Assembly (NCBI RefSeq): GCF_036588685.1
Contig: NC_086378.1
Location: 29,016,001-29,080,000 of the forward strand
DNA: 64,000 bases
Reading direction: 5' to 3'
Source of the DNA: Mytilus trossulus
Taxonomy: Eukaryota
Of the stretch, positions 50,732 to 64,000 are shown in pieces; the stretch's first letter is position 1, and each line of letters begins with the position of its first letter. The translations under genes were made by a program, and so were the position numbers. The notes beneath the pieces were generated by a model that was not told the origin of the DNA, ran no database searches, and saw only the letters and a list, made by a program, of their open reading frames with translations.

Positions 50732-53700
50732 TTATACGACCGCCAAATCATTTGCGTCGTAAATTTGGTATCACGTGTCATCGTCGTCGTCGTTAGCGTA
50801 GTCCGAAGACACTAAGTTACCCGGACAATAACTTAGTTATAATGAATGGATCTCTATGAGATTTAAACACAAGGTTTGAAGGAAAGTTGGGATTAATTTT
50901 GGGGGTTATGGTCCCAACAGTTTAGAAATAAGGGGGCCAAAAGGAGTCGAAATGAGTTATTTCTAGTTTCCAGACAATTACTTGTGTGTTAGTGTATGGA
51001 TCTTTCTGAAATTGTACCACAAGGTTCTATACCCAAAAAGGAAGGTCGGGATTGAATTTTTGGGTAATCACCCATGCTGTTTAGGAGTTAGGATTAAAAA
51101 AGGACCAAAACAATACTTTTCTAATACTTTGTATACCTTGCTTATTTCTTGAGCAATTTCAATGGGGTTTTATTCGTGAATTCTTGTTTTTATACGACCG
51201 CAAAAAGTTTGTGGTCGTATATCAGCTGACTTATGTTCTCGTCAATTTATTTTCCTGAGAAAAAATTTCACCGGGAAACAATGTAATTGTAAAACTGGTA
51301 GCCGATGGAAAACCATACGCACCGTACTTCTGTTTTCGCAGACTCTGTATACTGATTACATTACGTAACACAAATCACAGATAATTTATTAATAATTTTT
51401 AAATTTTAAGAAAAGGGGTGATTATCATTTTTCATAGAGTGATTAATTATTTTCTTAATGATTCTAGTATATAGTAGGGGAAACATTAAAATTGAGAATG
51501 GAAATGGGGGATGTGTCAAAGAGACAACAACCCGACCAAATAAAAAAACACAACAGCAGAAGGTCACCAACAGGTCTTCAATGCAGCGAGAAACTCCCGC
51601 ACCCGGAGGCGTCCCTCAGCTGGCCCCTAAACAAATATATACTAGTTCAGTGATAATGAACGCCATACTAATTTCCAAATTGTACACAAGAAACTAAAAT
51701 TAAAATAATACAAGACTAACAAAGGCCAGATGCTCCTGACTTGGGACAGGCGCAAAAATGCGGCGGGGTTAAACATGTTTGTGAGATCTCAACCCTCCCC
51801 CTATACCTCTAACCAATGTAGAAAAGTAAACGCATAACAATACGCACATTAAAATTCAGTTCAAGAGAAGTCCGAGTCTGATGTCAGAAGATGTAACCAA
51901 AGAAAATAAACAAAATGACAATAATACATAAATAACAACAGACTACTAGCAGTTAACTGACATGCCAGCTCCGGACTTCAATTACACTGACTGGAAGATT
52001 ATGATTTCATCATATGAACATCAGGCACAATCCTTCCCGTTAGGGGTTTAGTATCATACCATCAATAAATATATTCAAACATGAGGATAAATTGTTTGGA
52101 AAATTGTCCTAACGGACAGAATGACAAACAAACTAGTGATCACTAGTGAATAGGCGGACATAATGCAAACTTGTTTGACACTGAGACTACTACAACCATT
52201 ACCACTATTATTGTAGTCTCAGTTTGACATAAACAATGTTTCCCCTACTATCTACTAGAATCATAAATAGAAAATAATTAATCAATCTATGAAAAATGAA
52301 TATAGCCCCCCTTTTTTTTTAAAATTTAAACATTATTAATAAATTATTTGTCATCTGTGTTACGTAATGTAATCACTATACAGTGTCTGCTAAAATAGAA
52401 GTACGGTGCATTATTTTGTGCGTATGGTTTTCCATCGGCTACCGGTGGTTTTAAAAATTACATTGTTTCCCGGGGAAATTGTTGGTCTTTTGTGGATAGT
52501 TGTCTCATTGGCAATCATACCACATCTTCTTTTTATATTTTTTACCACATAAGGAAGGTTGGGATTGATTTTGGGGGTTATGGTCCCATCGGTTAAGGGG
52601 CCCAAAAATACATTTATCTAGTTTCAGGACAATAAGCTATGTTTAGGTGTTTAATAACTCTGAAATTGTACCACAATGTTCATACCATTAAGTAGAAGGT
52701 TGGGATTTATTTTAATGTTTCGGGGCAAACAGTCTAGGAATAAGGGGCAAACAAGGGACCAAAACAAGCATTTTTGAAGTTTCGGGACAATAACTTATGT
52801 TCAACTGTATTAATCTCTCTGACATTGTACCAAAAGGTTCCATATAATAAAGGGAAGGCTTGGAGTTAGTTTGAGGTTTATATCCTTGAACATTTAGGAA
52901 AAAGGGGCCAAAAAGAAGCATTTATCTAGTTTACAGATAATAACATGTGCTTGAGTGTATGGATCTCTATGAAATTATACTAAAAGGTTTCTTAATACAA
53001 AGAAAAGGCTGGAATTGAGTTTTGGGGTTCTTGCTCCAAGGGAGGTTTCAATAAGTGAGGGGCCAAACAAGGGGCCACAATAAACATTTTTTGTAGTTTT
53101 CAGTCAATAGCTTGTGTTAAAGTGTATACATCTCTCTGAAATTATACCATAAGTTTCCATACTACAAAGTGATGGCTATAGGTGTAATGGATCAAATCAT
53201 TTAACAATTAGGGGCAAAAAAGGGGAAACAAGTTTTTTCTGGTTCAAGAAAAATTTAGACAATTTAAAGCAGTGTAAGGGAGGTAATCCAATTCATATTA
53301 AAATTCAAAGAACCCTGTTATATATATGTCTGATTACTTGATTAACTCCCTGACACTGCTTGAAAATTATGTTAAAGGAAGTGACAATTGTCTTGAGATG
53401 TGTAGCTGTATGTTTTTTTAGAAGTTACTGTTAATTAATATTAATTTTAACCATGACTGTAAGTTATTTTATATTTTAATACTTTTAATATGATGTATTG
53501 AAATGAGTAGTTATTGTTGCCAACTTAATTAGAAATTTTAATTTAGATTATTTTTGGAATTAAGGATTGGGGGAGATGAAAAAATGTAGAGGAGCAGGGG
53601 GAAATTTTTCTCATTTCTGATTTCAGAAATTAAAAATATTTTTCTTCAAACATTTTTTTTTGAGGGGATTTATATTCAACAGCATAGTAAATTGCTCAAA

Positions 53701-53893
53701 AGCAAAAAAAAAATTTTTTAAGTTCATTAGACCACATTCATTCTGTGTCAGGAACCTTTGCTGTGTCAATTATATAATCACAATCCAAATTTAGAGCTGT
53801 ATCAAGCTTGAATGTTGTGTCGATACTTGCCCCAACTGTTCAGGGTTCGGCCTCTGCGGTCGTATAAAGCTGCGCCCAACGGAGCATCTGGTT
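50732..53893 (+). mobile_element. HINE-like element with ~115-120-bp internal units and nested insertions; a partial second 3' end lies at ~54360-54510
   Basis: tatacgaccgc start, gtc microsatellite, repeated tgaaattgtaccac..ggttgggatt units, terminal gcggtcgtata + hairpin. Confidence 0.7.
51266..52480. mobile_element. Long-TIR (~140 bp) non-autonomous element containing a well-preserved dispersed repeat (51489-52063)
   Basis: ccgggaaacaatgtaatt..ggtagccgatggaaaaccatacgcac..attacgtaacac is mirrored at 52320-52475. Confidence 0.75.
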
Positions 53894-54608
53894 TTTTAAT
53901 ATGCTGAATATAACCGTGAATTAGGTTTTTGGAATTTAGTCCCCGTTTTTAACTGGTCCACCTGGGGTCTAAAATAAAACTTTGTTTGATTTTAACAAAA
54001 AAATGAATATATGGGGTTCTTGACAAAACATGAATATATCGGGTTGTTATCCATTCGTTTGATGTGTTTGGACTTTTGATTTTGCCTTTTGATTTTTGAT
54101 TTTCCTTTTTGAATTTTCCTCGGAGTTCAGTATTTTTGTGTTTTTACTTTTTGATATGCTAAATCTAACCAAGTATTTAGATTTTTGATTTTTAAGCCCC
54201 GTTATCAGATTGATGACATTGAAAATGGTATAAATTTGAACTTTCTTTGATTTCATAAAAAAATGAATTATTGGGATTCTTTGATACGCTAAATCAACCC
54301 ATATATTTAGATTTTGGATATTGGACCATAATAGGTAAATTTTATATTTTAAAGTTAGTAAGACCACATTCATTCTGTGTCAGAAACCTATGCTGTGTCA
54401 AATATTTAATCACAATCCCAAATCACAGATGAATCAAGCTTGAATGTTGTGTCCATACTGACCTCAATTATTCAGAGTTCTACCTCTGTGGTTGTATCAA
54501 GCTGCGCCCTGTGGACCATTTTATTTTATAAGACCACTTGATTGGTTTATATTGCTAAATGTTTTATTCTGTGTATTAATATATATGTGTTTTAGAGAAG
54601 CTGATGAT

Positions 54609-57600
54609 ATGGCGACAATGGCTAAACAGAGAAAAAGTCATGTAAACATCAGACCACCACCTAAGTACCAGAAAGCAAAGCTGGATTATGAGATCGAAGA
54701 GGATGAAGATAGTTCAACAAGTTCACAGACGCCATCAATAGACAGAACTAGAGACTTGCCAAACTCCATTGACGAAGACAAATTGAGGAATTGGGAAGGA
54801 AAGATTTTGGGATCAGCATCAGGAGTATTTACCTTTAAAGTATCTCTGTAAGTATGATTTGTATAATTTATAAAATGGTTTATTAAGACTAAAAGTTAAA
54901 TTTTTATTTAACATCGAGGCGTAATAGAAACTCTTTGTCTTGATTCAGGTGATAATAAATTTAATCACGCAAACTTTATTATATAGAGAGAAAATACCAT
55001 TATGCTTTCTTCCCGAGTTAAAACTGAAAAAGTTGCAAGTTCATCTTTTTTAATTCTTAGATCCTTGAAGACATTGTAATGCTGATTTACAATAACCCTT
55101 AAAAAAGGCACAATGTGTTTACCACATAGTCAACAAATACTGACGAATGTGTACCACCATGGTAACATAATCCAAATTAAAGGCTTCAAATAAGGATATC
55201 CTGGTCTCAACATACAAATTGTTCTGAGCAAGACGTCATTACGTGTGCTCTCGTTTTTTGGAACCTATATCAACATTTTAACTTGTGATTTATTTATTTT
55301 ACATAAAAGAGGGGTGAAAGATATAAGAGGGACAGTCAAACTTATAGATCGAAAATAAACTGACATCGCCATGGGCTAACAAAGAAACAGACAAACAATA
55401 GTTTATAAGACACAATATAGAAAACTAAAGACTGAGCAACACAAACCCCACCAAAAACCGGGGGTGATCTCAGATGCTCTGGAAGAGTAAGCAGACTGAT
55501 CCTGCTCCACATATAACATATGTCGTGTTGCTCATGTTATTATATAAACCCGGGAAATGTTCTGGCCACATACCATAATTAATTCCTCTATCAGTTCTTT
55601 ATAACGTTTTGTATCATTAACAAAATTGCACCATGCACTTTTGTCATTTTTGTGTGTGTGTGTAATGTATAGTGCTAGTCCAAATATATATCCAAAATTC
55701 AGAAAGATTGAAGCAATCACTTTGAAAATTTAGCCAATACACATCCATACCCCTATTGACAAGTCAAGAGATGTTCCGAATACTGTAAATATAACCTTTT
55801 TGCACTTGGCCTAATCACTCATTCCATATCAAAATCAGTTTAAATACAACATCCAAATATTTATGTCACCTCTCTTCTTTCATTTGCACCCCAAAAAATC
55901 TTAAAATGAGTGAGGAAGGGAAAGAAAAAAAATAATGAAAAATACACTATAATTAAAAGGAACTATATTGGACAACGAAAAGCGGGGTCATTAATTGTGG
56001 TCTTGGACCTTCTCATTCGGTAGGTCACATTCGAGAAAAGGGAAGGGATTGTAGTTACGACAAAAGGAACACATCCGATATTATTTTGGAACGTTTTTCC
56101 ATAATGGTCAACCAATTCGTGATGGCGTCCGTTAAATTCACGAAGGGATAACTTCAACTTTACCATTTGAAAATCTTGGTTTAATATCCTTGTGAGCAGA
56201 GCTTGTGAGCAGCAACCCTCTATTAAGGAAATTGATAGGATATACAAGCCCGGTAATATCGTATCAATTGGGAGATATATACTCCTTGATAGGGGATTGC
56301 TATTCACAAGGAAGCTATTAAACAAAGAGTTCCAAATGGTGAAGTAGAAATTATCCCTTCGTAAATTTTCCGGACGCCATCACGAGTTGGTTGACCGTTA
56401 TGGAATAAACGTTACACATATTATATCGGATATGTTCCTTATGCCGTAACTACAATACCCTTCCCTTGTTACAAATTTGATTTACCAAATAAGACTATGT
56501 ACCGTATATTTATAACATTAGTAACACGACGGGTACCACATGTGGAGCAGGATATACTGACCCTTCCGGAGCACATGAGATCACCCCAAGTTTTTGTAGG
56601 GGATCGTGTTGCGTAGTCTTGATTTTTCTATGTTGTGTCTTCTGTACTATTATTTGTCTGGTTCGTCTTTTTATTTTTAGCCATGGCGTTGTCAGTTGTG
56701 AGTTTGACAATCCGGGGGCCCTCTGGTATCTTTCGTCCCTCTTTCGCTTCCTAAGAAGTTCCTGTATGAAGTGAGGCTCATAATATTAAGATATACTAAT
56801 TTGGAACATTATGATTACTTGTGGAAACGTTATAGTATAAAGTATGCGTAGGCTGCATTTTGATTCAATTCAAAGTATATTTAAAACAATACAATACGTG
56901 TAGGTAATCACTACACCTTAGGATAGGAGACCAGCATTGATCAGTTAAAATTTAATGTGACATACTTACTTTGTGGGTTAATTCAAGTCCTTCTTTTTTT
57001 TAAATAAAAACACCCATAATATCAAAACTTGAATAAGTTGATAACTAGTATAACATGTATAAACACACAGCATTACCACAAAAGAAACCATGTTTCAAGA
57101 CAAAACTGTTCGATGGTAGAATAATTATTTGTAACAAAGAACCGATGCACTAACAAAGTTTTTAAAGGAATAGAGCCTATTTTTCTATCATTGTATAACT
57201 CGAGGACGGTTTACCGAGGATACAGTCCTACACACAGCCCCCAAATTGAAAAGTTTTACAAAACTACTGTTTAGGTAAAAACAACATAAAACCTAAGTGG
57301 ATGTCAACATTCATTAAATGAAATTTGTCTCAAATTTTATATTTAAATAGCCCATCCGAGCTCACCAATGACAATGAGGCCCGGTGTTTCTGCCGTATAC
57401 AATATATATACAAATATATTGACCTGGAACTGGAAATTTTGTTTAAAATTTAAGAATTGCAAATGTTATATGATATTTCTTCAATCATCTTTTCAGACCA
57501 GCTTTAATGTTAGCAATAGCTGTAGGATATTACATAAAGATTGTCGAAAACCACTATGAACATAAATTCGAAGAGTTAATGCAATATGGAGATAATTTGA

Positions 57601-58620
57601 AAAAAATAAAGACACTTTCTGAAAAAGTTCCGTCTTTAGAAGACCGATTATCCAAGTTCCAGGAAGGATTAATACAAATTGATGAACGTGTGATTGGTAT
57701 GCAAAGAGAAATACGTACAGCAAACGATAAATTAACAAACGTAGAATCAAGAGTTAGTTCAATATCGGATACCAGTAGCAAACTAGAACACGATTTACCA
57801 ATACAAAGGAAAAGATTTGATGAAATGGAATATAAACTCAATAAAATGGGCATTAATATTTCCGATATATCAAAAAATATTACCTCATTTGAAGATCAAT
57901 TAAATGCTGTTAAGGAGCAAATTACAATGACAGAAAAAAATCAGACATCTCTGAAAGGTTTGCTTAACATAACAGTTGAAAAAGCCGAAAATGTCCACAA
58001 ACATGTATCTAAAATACAAAATATGTATTCTGAAATACAGGTTCATTTGCCTATTATAGAGAAAATCAACAAATCTGTTACCGTGATAATGACAATTCAT
58101 CAACATCTTCCTCAACTTCAAAGGCGCCTTCGTGGAAATAAAATTCGAATCCATGGTTTAGAGCTGGAGGTTAATAATACTGAGCCAAGATTTAATGCTT
58201 TAAAGTTAACATCAGAAAGTGTAGGCAAAACTGTTAATCATGTTAGGGATACACTGACAGATATTGAAACGAAAGTAAAGCTGTCTCAAGACGATCTATT
58301 TCAGCTAAAACAAGGCATGTCGAACACAGGAAACATCTTTAAGAATAGACTGACAAAATTAGAAGAAGATTTGGAAACATCTAATGGTAAAATTTTAAAG
58401 AGGACAAGTCAATTAGATACTGACATTTCCTCAACAGAAGTTAAAATAGGTACCATGATTGTCAAAGTAGACGATTACATGGGGAAACTAGGAAAGTTTG
58501 AAAGTTATGTGGATTCCCTCAGCGCTGATGTTAATAAGATGAAACCAATTGTTGATTATGCTGACCTTAAGTTACCGGAACTTGATATAGACGTTAGAAA
58601 TCTGCAGTCACAAAATACGG
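54609..58620 (+). CDS. Type II single-pass membrane protein with long coiled-coil ectodomain (partial); exons 54609-54847 and 57497-58620, probable next exon from 63982
   Basis: Acceptor at 54595, ATG 54609, phase-2 GT-AG junction giving VFTFKVSLPALMLAIAVGYYI (TM-like), then ~360 aa heptad-rich sequence; donor at 58621; phase-compatible acceptor ttttgcttcag at 63981. Confidence 0.82.
55307..56745. mobile_element. Inverted pair of Penelope-like 3' fragments (minus copy 55307-55550 + 56005-56255; plus copy 56260-56745)
   Basis: Minus ORF LNQDFQMVKLKLSLREFNGRHHELVDHYG and plus LLNKEFQMVK*KLSLRKFSGRHHELVDRYG; tails are reverse complements. Confidence 0.75.
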
Positions 58621-60194
58621 GTATGGTTTTTGTCTCATTTGTACCATGTAATAACATTTAATGTTTTTATTGCAACTAAATGAGTTTTGTTATTTATAGC
58701 AAATATAAATAAGTGTTATGAAGGTATAATGAATCGTCACAGTTGCATTTTCATTTTCAAAATCGAATAATATGCAACTCGTATCAATGAAAAAATTACA
58801 TAGACTGTCTGAAAGCAATGAATCTTGTACCTATGTCTTTTTGAAAATCGATCAAATACAGATTTCAATCGACATAACAAATCTTATTAAATTGCTTTTG
58901 GTCGTTTAAATATTTAACAAAATTTACCACATAACTATTTTTTTGTCTGCATTTATCATTCATGAATTTAAGATGTTTTAGTAGGGTTTAAAGATTTGGG
59001 GTAAAATTGGCAAACCTTTATTGCTTTTGTTTGTATCCTGAATTTAAATCTCGAATTCGGTTTCTTTTATGATACTTTTAATTTCAGAAATGTCCACTGA
59101 AAGCTTTTTAGATTTTATTACAGTGAGTTGACAATGGGTGTTTCTGTAAAACTTTACCTATAGCTCAACCTGTTTTTTAAAATTGAAAAAAAATACAATA
59201 GGGACATTTAAATTGACCAGTTGGTATTGTTAGATTTAAATCTACCTTGATTCTACCTATAGATTTTTTATTCACCTATTCCAACCTTAAAGCATGCTTT
59301 TTTCCTGATTTTATTCTTTACCTTGGATTATTCTATTAAAAAATTGATAGGGAAAAAATAGTATTGGTTTTCATTGTTTTAAATGCATGATTATATGATT
59401 TATATAATTTTTACCTAAAATTCTAAATCAGTAAAAGATTAAATCAACTACATGTTAATATGTTTGAAAATTTAAACTTTTTTACATACTTATTGCTTCT
59501 TTAAAATTCTAACCCTTATACATAGTATTGTCCAGCTGCCAGTGAAACAAGAAATAGCTGTTCAGGTGTTTACAGTTTAAATTTTCAGATGGATATGTTG
59601 TTCATTTCTTCACATGACCCTTCAAGATTTCCATTTTGGATTATTATTTTATTATTTGCAATGTTTGATATCTATTGGTATCATTGTGCATACAATATTG
59701 GATTTATTTTATTTGAATTCACAACTCAGACTTTTTAAAGTAATTTTGTTTCTTAAAATGAGATTTTTTTCTTCTCAAGAATTCATTGTCATGAAGGTAT
59801 CAAGGAGGAAATAATTCATTCAAACTGTTTTGTGGGGCTTACATATGATTTTGTACATGTAAATTTCAAATAATTTTGGAGTATACCTTGTCAGTGTTTT
59901 TTCTTTGAAATCTGCTATTATAATAGTCTGTTAGTAGGACTATTGTGCATAAAATGCTGTGTTCACTCTCGGAAATTTAAATTTCACAAGATGGGATTAA
60001 GTTATGTTGAAGATTAAAAAAAAATCAAAATTGGTATTCAAGTAGAAGATATAGTGTGAGCACATCCACCATGTTTCTGTTGCTTTAAGTGTGATTTTAA
60101 AAACATTCATTATTAATTTTGGGATCTATAATTCATCATTTAAATGGGAACTTGGAAATGAATAAAAATGTTGTATTAATGCAGTGGATATATA

Positions 60195-61415
60195 CACATG
60201 GAAAAAAGTATTGCAACACCTTGATTTTTTTAAAACTTGAACAATCAGCCTTTTTTTTGGATGAAATATAATAAAATATGTGTATAATATTATTGAAACA
60301 TAGTTTATGATAACATTGGCATTGAAACGAACAAAAAATGTTTGAAAAAAAATGATTTTTATAACCACAATTTTAATTACCAAATTGGAGTTTTTTTGTA
60401 CAAAAAAATGCATTTTACAACTTTTACTGTAATCGAACTTTACAATGTCAGACATTTCAAAATTAATCCTTAGATGACTGTTCATATCGTGGTTGATCGT
60501 TATACGCCAAAGAATTAGTACTTTGTGCCATAAATCGACTAATTTGTTGCTAATGTACCAGCAAGCATTTCTGATGAAGGGCATTGTTTATTTCATGATG
60601 TGTTTGAACTGGGGTGTCCTTTCGCGCACTTTCCGCCCAAAAGTGTCCCAAATATGCTCGAAATGGTTGAAAACCGGGCTTCGATCGTGCCAAGGAAGAT
60701 GAACCGAATTCCATTTGAACATTGGATCTTCCTCCACGATATTAATTTCCAACTTTGGCGAGCTCTGCACTACATTGGATACTGAAAACGGTGTGTCTGT
60801 TCGTTAGCAAAGGTCTCCGAAATGGTCCTATCGCACGATAACCAGTAGCAATGAGTCGACCTCGAACAGTTCTTGTTAAAAAGCTCTCTCTTTTTAGGAT
60901 TGTCTTGTATGCAATGGGTTTCCTTCTGACCAACCTTCATTATGCTTGATTTTCCTTAGCAAATGGTATAGGGGGTCTTCATTATCTCGGAATGTCTTTA
61001 ACAGCGTGTATAGCCTGATTTATTCTCAAAACGACTTATAGTGAAATGGTGATGACCAACAATACGTGCAGTTTTTACAGCGACATCCCTGCTTCCATTA
61101 TGCTGATAATCTGCCATCTTGCTGCAGTTAAGAGTTGTCAAGAACCCATTATAAAGTATCAATCACATAACTTTAAAAATTTGGTTATTTAAAGGGTTGA
61201 AAACAATGAGGATAAAACAACTGTTTTGCTGTTTAAGGGTACAGTAGCTGCATGTGCAGATAAAATATTATCGTGTCGATATTTATTGATTAAACTCAGG
61301 TGATACTTAAATAATGTTTAACTTTTTCTATTTTACCAAATTATATCCCAAAAAAATGAAAAGTGTTTTTGTAATTTCAATTTCAATTTGGTGTTGCAAT
61401 ACTTTTTTCCATGTG
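60195..61415 (-). mobile_element. Decayed Tc1-family transposon with internally deleted transposase
   Basis: TIR cacatggaaaaaagtattgcaacacc, TA flanks; minus-strand RTVRGRLIATGYRAIGPFRRPLLT and WHDRSPVFNHFEHIW (cf. WPARSPDLNPIEHIW). Confidence 0.9.
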
Positions 61416-62018
61416 TATAGTCTAATCGAGTGATAAAAAGTAAAATTGAAAGTAATATATTCTAAAGTATTCCTAATGCATGTAATGTGAGGATTAGTTT
61501 TAAGTAAATGTGAAATTGGAAATAGCAATTATAAAATTCTGGATCAAACATTGTTTAACTTGGAAATTTATCATAGGGAGTGAAATAAAAATGTATACAG
61601 TTGATAGAGTAAAATCAAGTGCTATAGTAAAAATATAAATAAAATATTACAAAATATTTGTAAAGTGAGGAATTTGGAATATAGTAATGGAAGTGATAAA
61701 ACAAACTTACAAGATTCTGAATTATGTAAAGATTCATTGGGATGTATATGATGGGAAGTTAATCAGAATATATACTATGGATTTAGAAAAAAAAAATCTA
61801 GTGACATAGTGAAAAATGAATGAAATTGGGAATTATTTAAATTAACAATACAAATGAAATAATATAGCGATTAAAGTGAGTTTTACAACTGGATTATTTG
61901 GGATATTAAACATAACTAGAATCTGGCTATGAAAACATTAGATGAAATGTAGTGCATTTTAGGCCATGCAATTTTAAATACACTGCAAGAAAATAACATA
62001 TAGACATTCTTGTTTGGC

Positions 62019-62560
62019 CATCTTCGCTAGCCAAGGGTAACGATCCACTCCCGCTCTCTTCACCCTTGGCGGATTGAGCCAACATTTGTGGTAACAATGT
62101 TCCGCCATCTATCGGAAGATAAAAATCACGCCAATTCCGAAAACATTAGTCTTGACAAATGGTAGCACTTGAACTTTTCAATTTGGAGGTAAAAACACGG
62201 CAGCGTCTAGATTCTACACACTTGGTAAAGCCGGAAATGAAAGCATACGTCAACGTTCATGCATTTGTGCATGAAACATACACAGGAACATCTATTTGTT
62301 GATTAAAAACATTCAAGTTTTCTCTAAATATAGTCGTTTGTTTAGGGATGTAAAGGCTTGTTGCACAAAAAACACGTGGCAATTGTTTACAAATTTTTCT
62401 ACATTTACACGTGATCATGTTTTAGGCGCATTTTAATTAGATGCAGCGAGTTTTGACTGCAACCAATAAAAATCCTTACCTTGTGTCTCCGAAATTTTAT
62501 CTCAATCCGCCAAGGGTGAAGAGAGCGGGAGTGGATCGTAACCCTTGGCTAGCGAAGATG
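62019..62560. mobile_element. MITE with ~60-bp TIRs and 9-bp TSD (Mutator- or Merlin-like)
   Basis: catcttcgctagccaagggt.acgatccactcccgctctcttcacccttggcggattgag mirrored; TSD ttgtttggc at 62010-62018 and 62561-62569. Confidence 0.92.
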
Positions 62561-62670
62561 TTGTTTGGCTTGATCACTCCTATATTTTAAATGACAGTAA
62601 AATAGAAATCTCTCTATTTCCTTCTGAATATTGTTTCTTTGGCAATTGTATGACCAATTTCTAGGAATAC

Positions 62671-63435
62671 TATAGGATTAAACACATTTTTTCTGGAGGT
62701 TATTGATGTGTAAACCGGGGCGGTTAACTCACAAACTGAATAAAAGTCCGAAGGACTTTTATGTCAAGTTTGTGAGTTAGAGACCCGGTTTACACATCAA
62801 TAACCTCTAGAAAAAATGTGTTTAATCCTTATAATTCTTCAGCCAAACACACGCGATTATTAATTTACATTATTACTTTGATGGCTACTATATGAAGCAC
62901 AATGGCATGTCGTAACTAAGGAGTACGCCGCCATCTTGACTTTATAAAAAACTTTAAAAATGTTCGATAAATGCAACAGAATCTAAAATGAACTAGCATC
63001 TACCTCAAAAACTTCATTTTAATTAGATAATATCCGAATTTGAAGCGTACAAGTAACGAAATAATCTTCCGTCTAAAAGTTTTCAATCGTATGACGTCGT
63101 GTTTTGCCATGACGTAAATTCACCAAATAATTCGTTGAATTTCCCGGAATTTTATTTTTATACATTTCCGAAGCTTTAGTGCATTTATTTATTTATTTAT
63201 TTTTGTTTGTTATATATTATATATGCATTAGAATAGAAACAACTGTTATGCAATTGTTTTATAATCCCAACTTGCTGAAAATTCAAGTATCCCTGCAAGA
63301 ATGTGTATAGCGCATGAATAGATTACAAAAGTAGTTTCGGAAGCCTGGTTTATCGAAGTGTAAACCAAGAGAAAAATTCTAATTGACCAATCTAATTCAA
63401 GTATTTATAGATATGCAAATGATATAAGAATTATA
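62671..63435. mobile_element. Non-autonomous element beginning with a ~160-bp palindrome (62671-62833)
   Basis: aggattaaacacattttttct..aaaagtcc-gaa-ggactttt..agaaaaaatgtgtttaatcct; tataattctt / aagaattata bound the remainder. Confidence 0.6.
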
Positions 63436-64000
63436 CTCATTTAAATGATTAAAAGATTGTAACTGCAATATTTATTTGCTTTAATTGTAAAGGATTCTCA
63501 AACGAAAAACAAATATAGTGATTTTTTTTTTAAATCAGTTTTCAACAAATATTATGAAATCTTTTACTGATAAAAGTTAGATAAATCATATACTTGATAT
63601 ATATTGGGGATTAAAACAATAAAAACCAAAACTATTTTCTTCCCTATCAATTTTACAAAAAAAAAATCTGAGTTAAAGAAAAAATTCAGGAAAAAAGCAT
63701 GCTGTAAGCAGGTAAGGTTGGAATTGGTCAATAAAAATGTACAGGTAGAATCAAGGTGTATTTAAATCTAACAATACCAACTGGTCAATTTAAATGTCCC
63801 TACTGTATTGTCAATTTTTAAAACAGGTTGAGCTATAGGTAAAGTTTTACAGTAATACCCATCATGGCCATAATCAACTCACTGTAAGAACTCTTAGAAT
63901 GAACTACTACAGTAATCATTGATTCATAGCAACATTCTTTCGTGCATCCATTTTATTTTGTCTGTAATAATTTTGCTTCAGAAATGCAAGGATATAAGAA

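Larger units (their letters stand above)
59121..63884. mobile_element. Long-TIR Tc1/mariner-type non-autonomous element (TA TSD) expanded by nested insertions
   Basis: ta|cagtgagttga ... tcaactcactg|ta; >150 bp of inverted similarity (aactttacctatagctcaacctg, gggacatttaaattgaccagttggtattgttagatttaaat). Confidence 0.85.

Noticed and set aside
59088-59130. Next exon of the coiled-coil gene at tttcag|aaatg
   Set aside because: Stops after ~14 codons and runs into the transposon terminus; the acceptor at 63981 is more plausible.

Overview
AT-rich eukaryotic genomic DNA with spliceosomal introns and one 240-N assembly gap (30026-30265). The repeat families look like those of a bivalve mollusc, probably Mytilus (inference). 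Three protein-coding genes are supported. (1) A complete 6-coding-exon membrane-anchored short-chain dehydrogenase/reductase (SDR9C-type, HSD17B2/HSD11B2/RDH/BDH1-like) on + at 6351-16552. (2) The first four coding exons of HINFP (histone H4 transcription factor) on - at 26069-18223. I found no further HINFP exons in 1-18222, so the SDR gene appears nested antisense in a HINFP intron. (3) The 5' part of a type II membrane coiled-coil protein on + from 54609, running off the window. The rest is dense, often nested mobile DNA: Helentron-type non-autonomous elements with internal tandem arrays, MITEs, a decayed Tc1, a BEL/Pao remnant, Penelope-like fragments, SINEs and minisatellites. Most notable: several hammerhead-ribozyme elements in the HINFP locus, namely a 355-nt retrozyme in sense orientation to HINFP and a circularly permuted 441-bp unit joining a minimal hammerhead, a T7 tract and a tRNA-like Pol III promoter. 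Also notable is a tandem array of duplicated intron/exon junctions (decoy CAG acceptors) in front of an SDR exon. All coordinates were read by eye.
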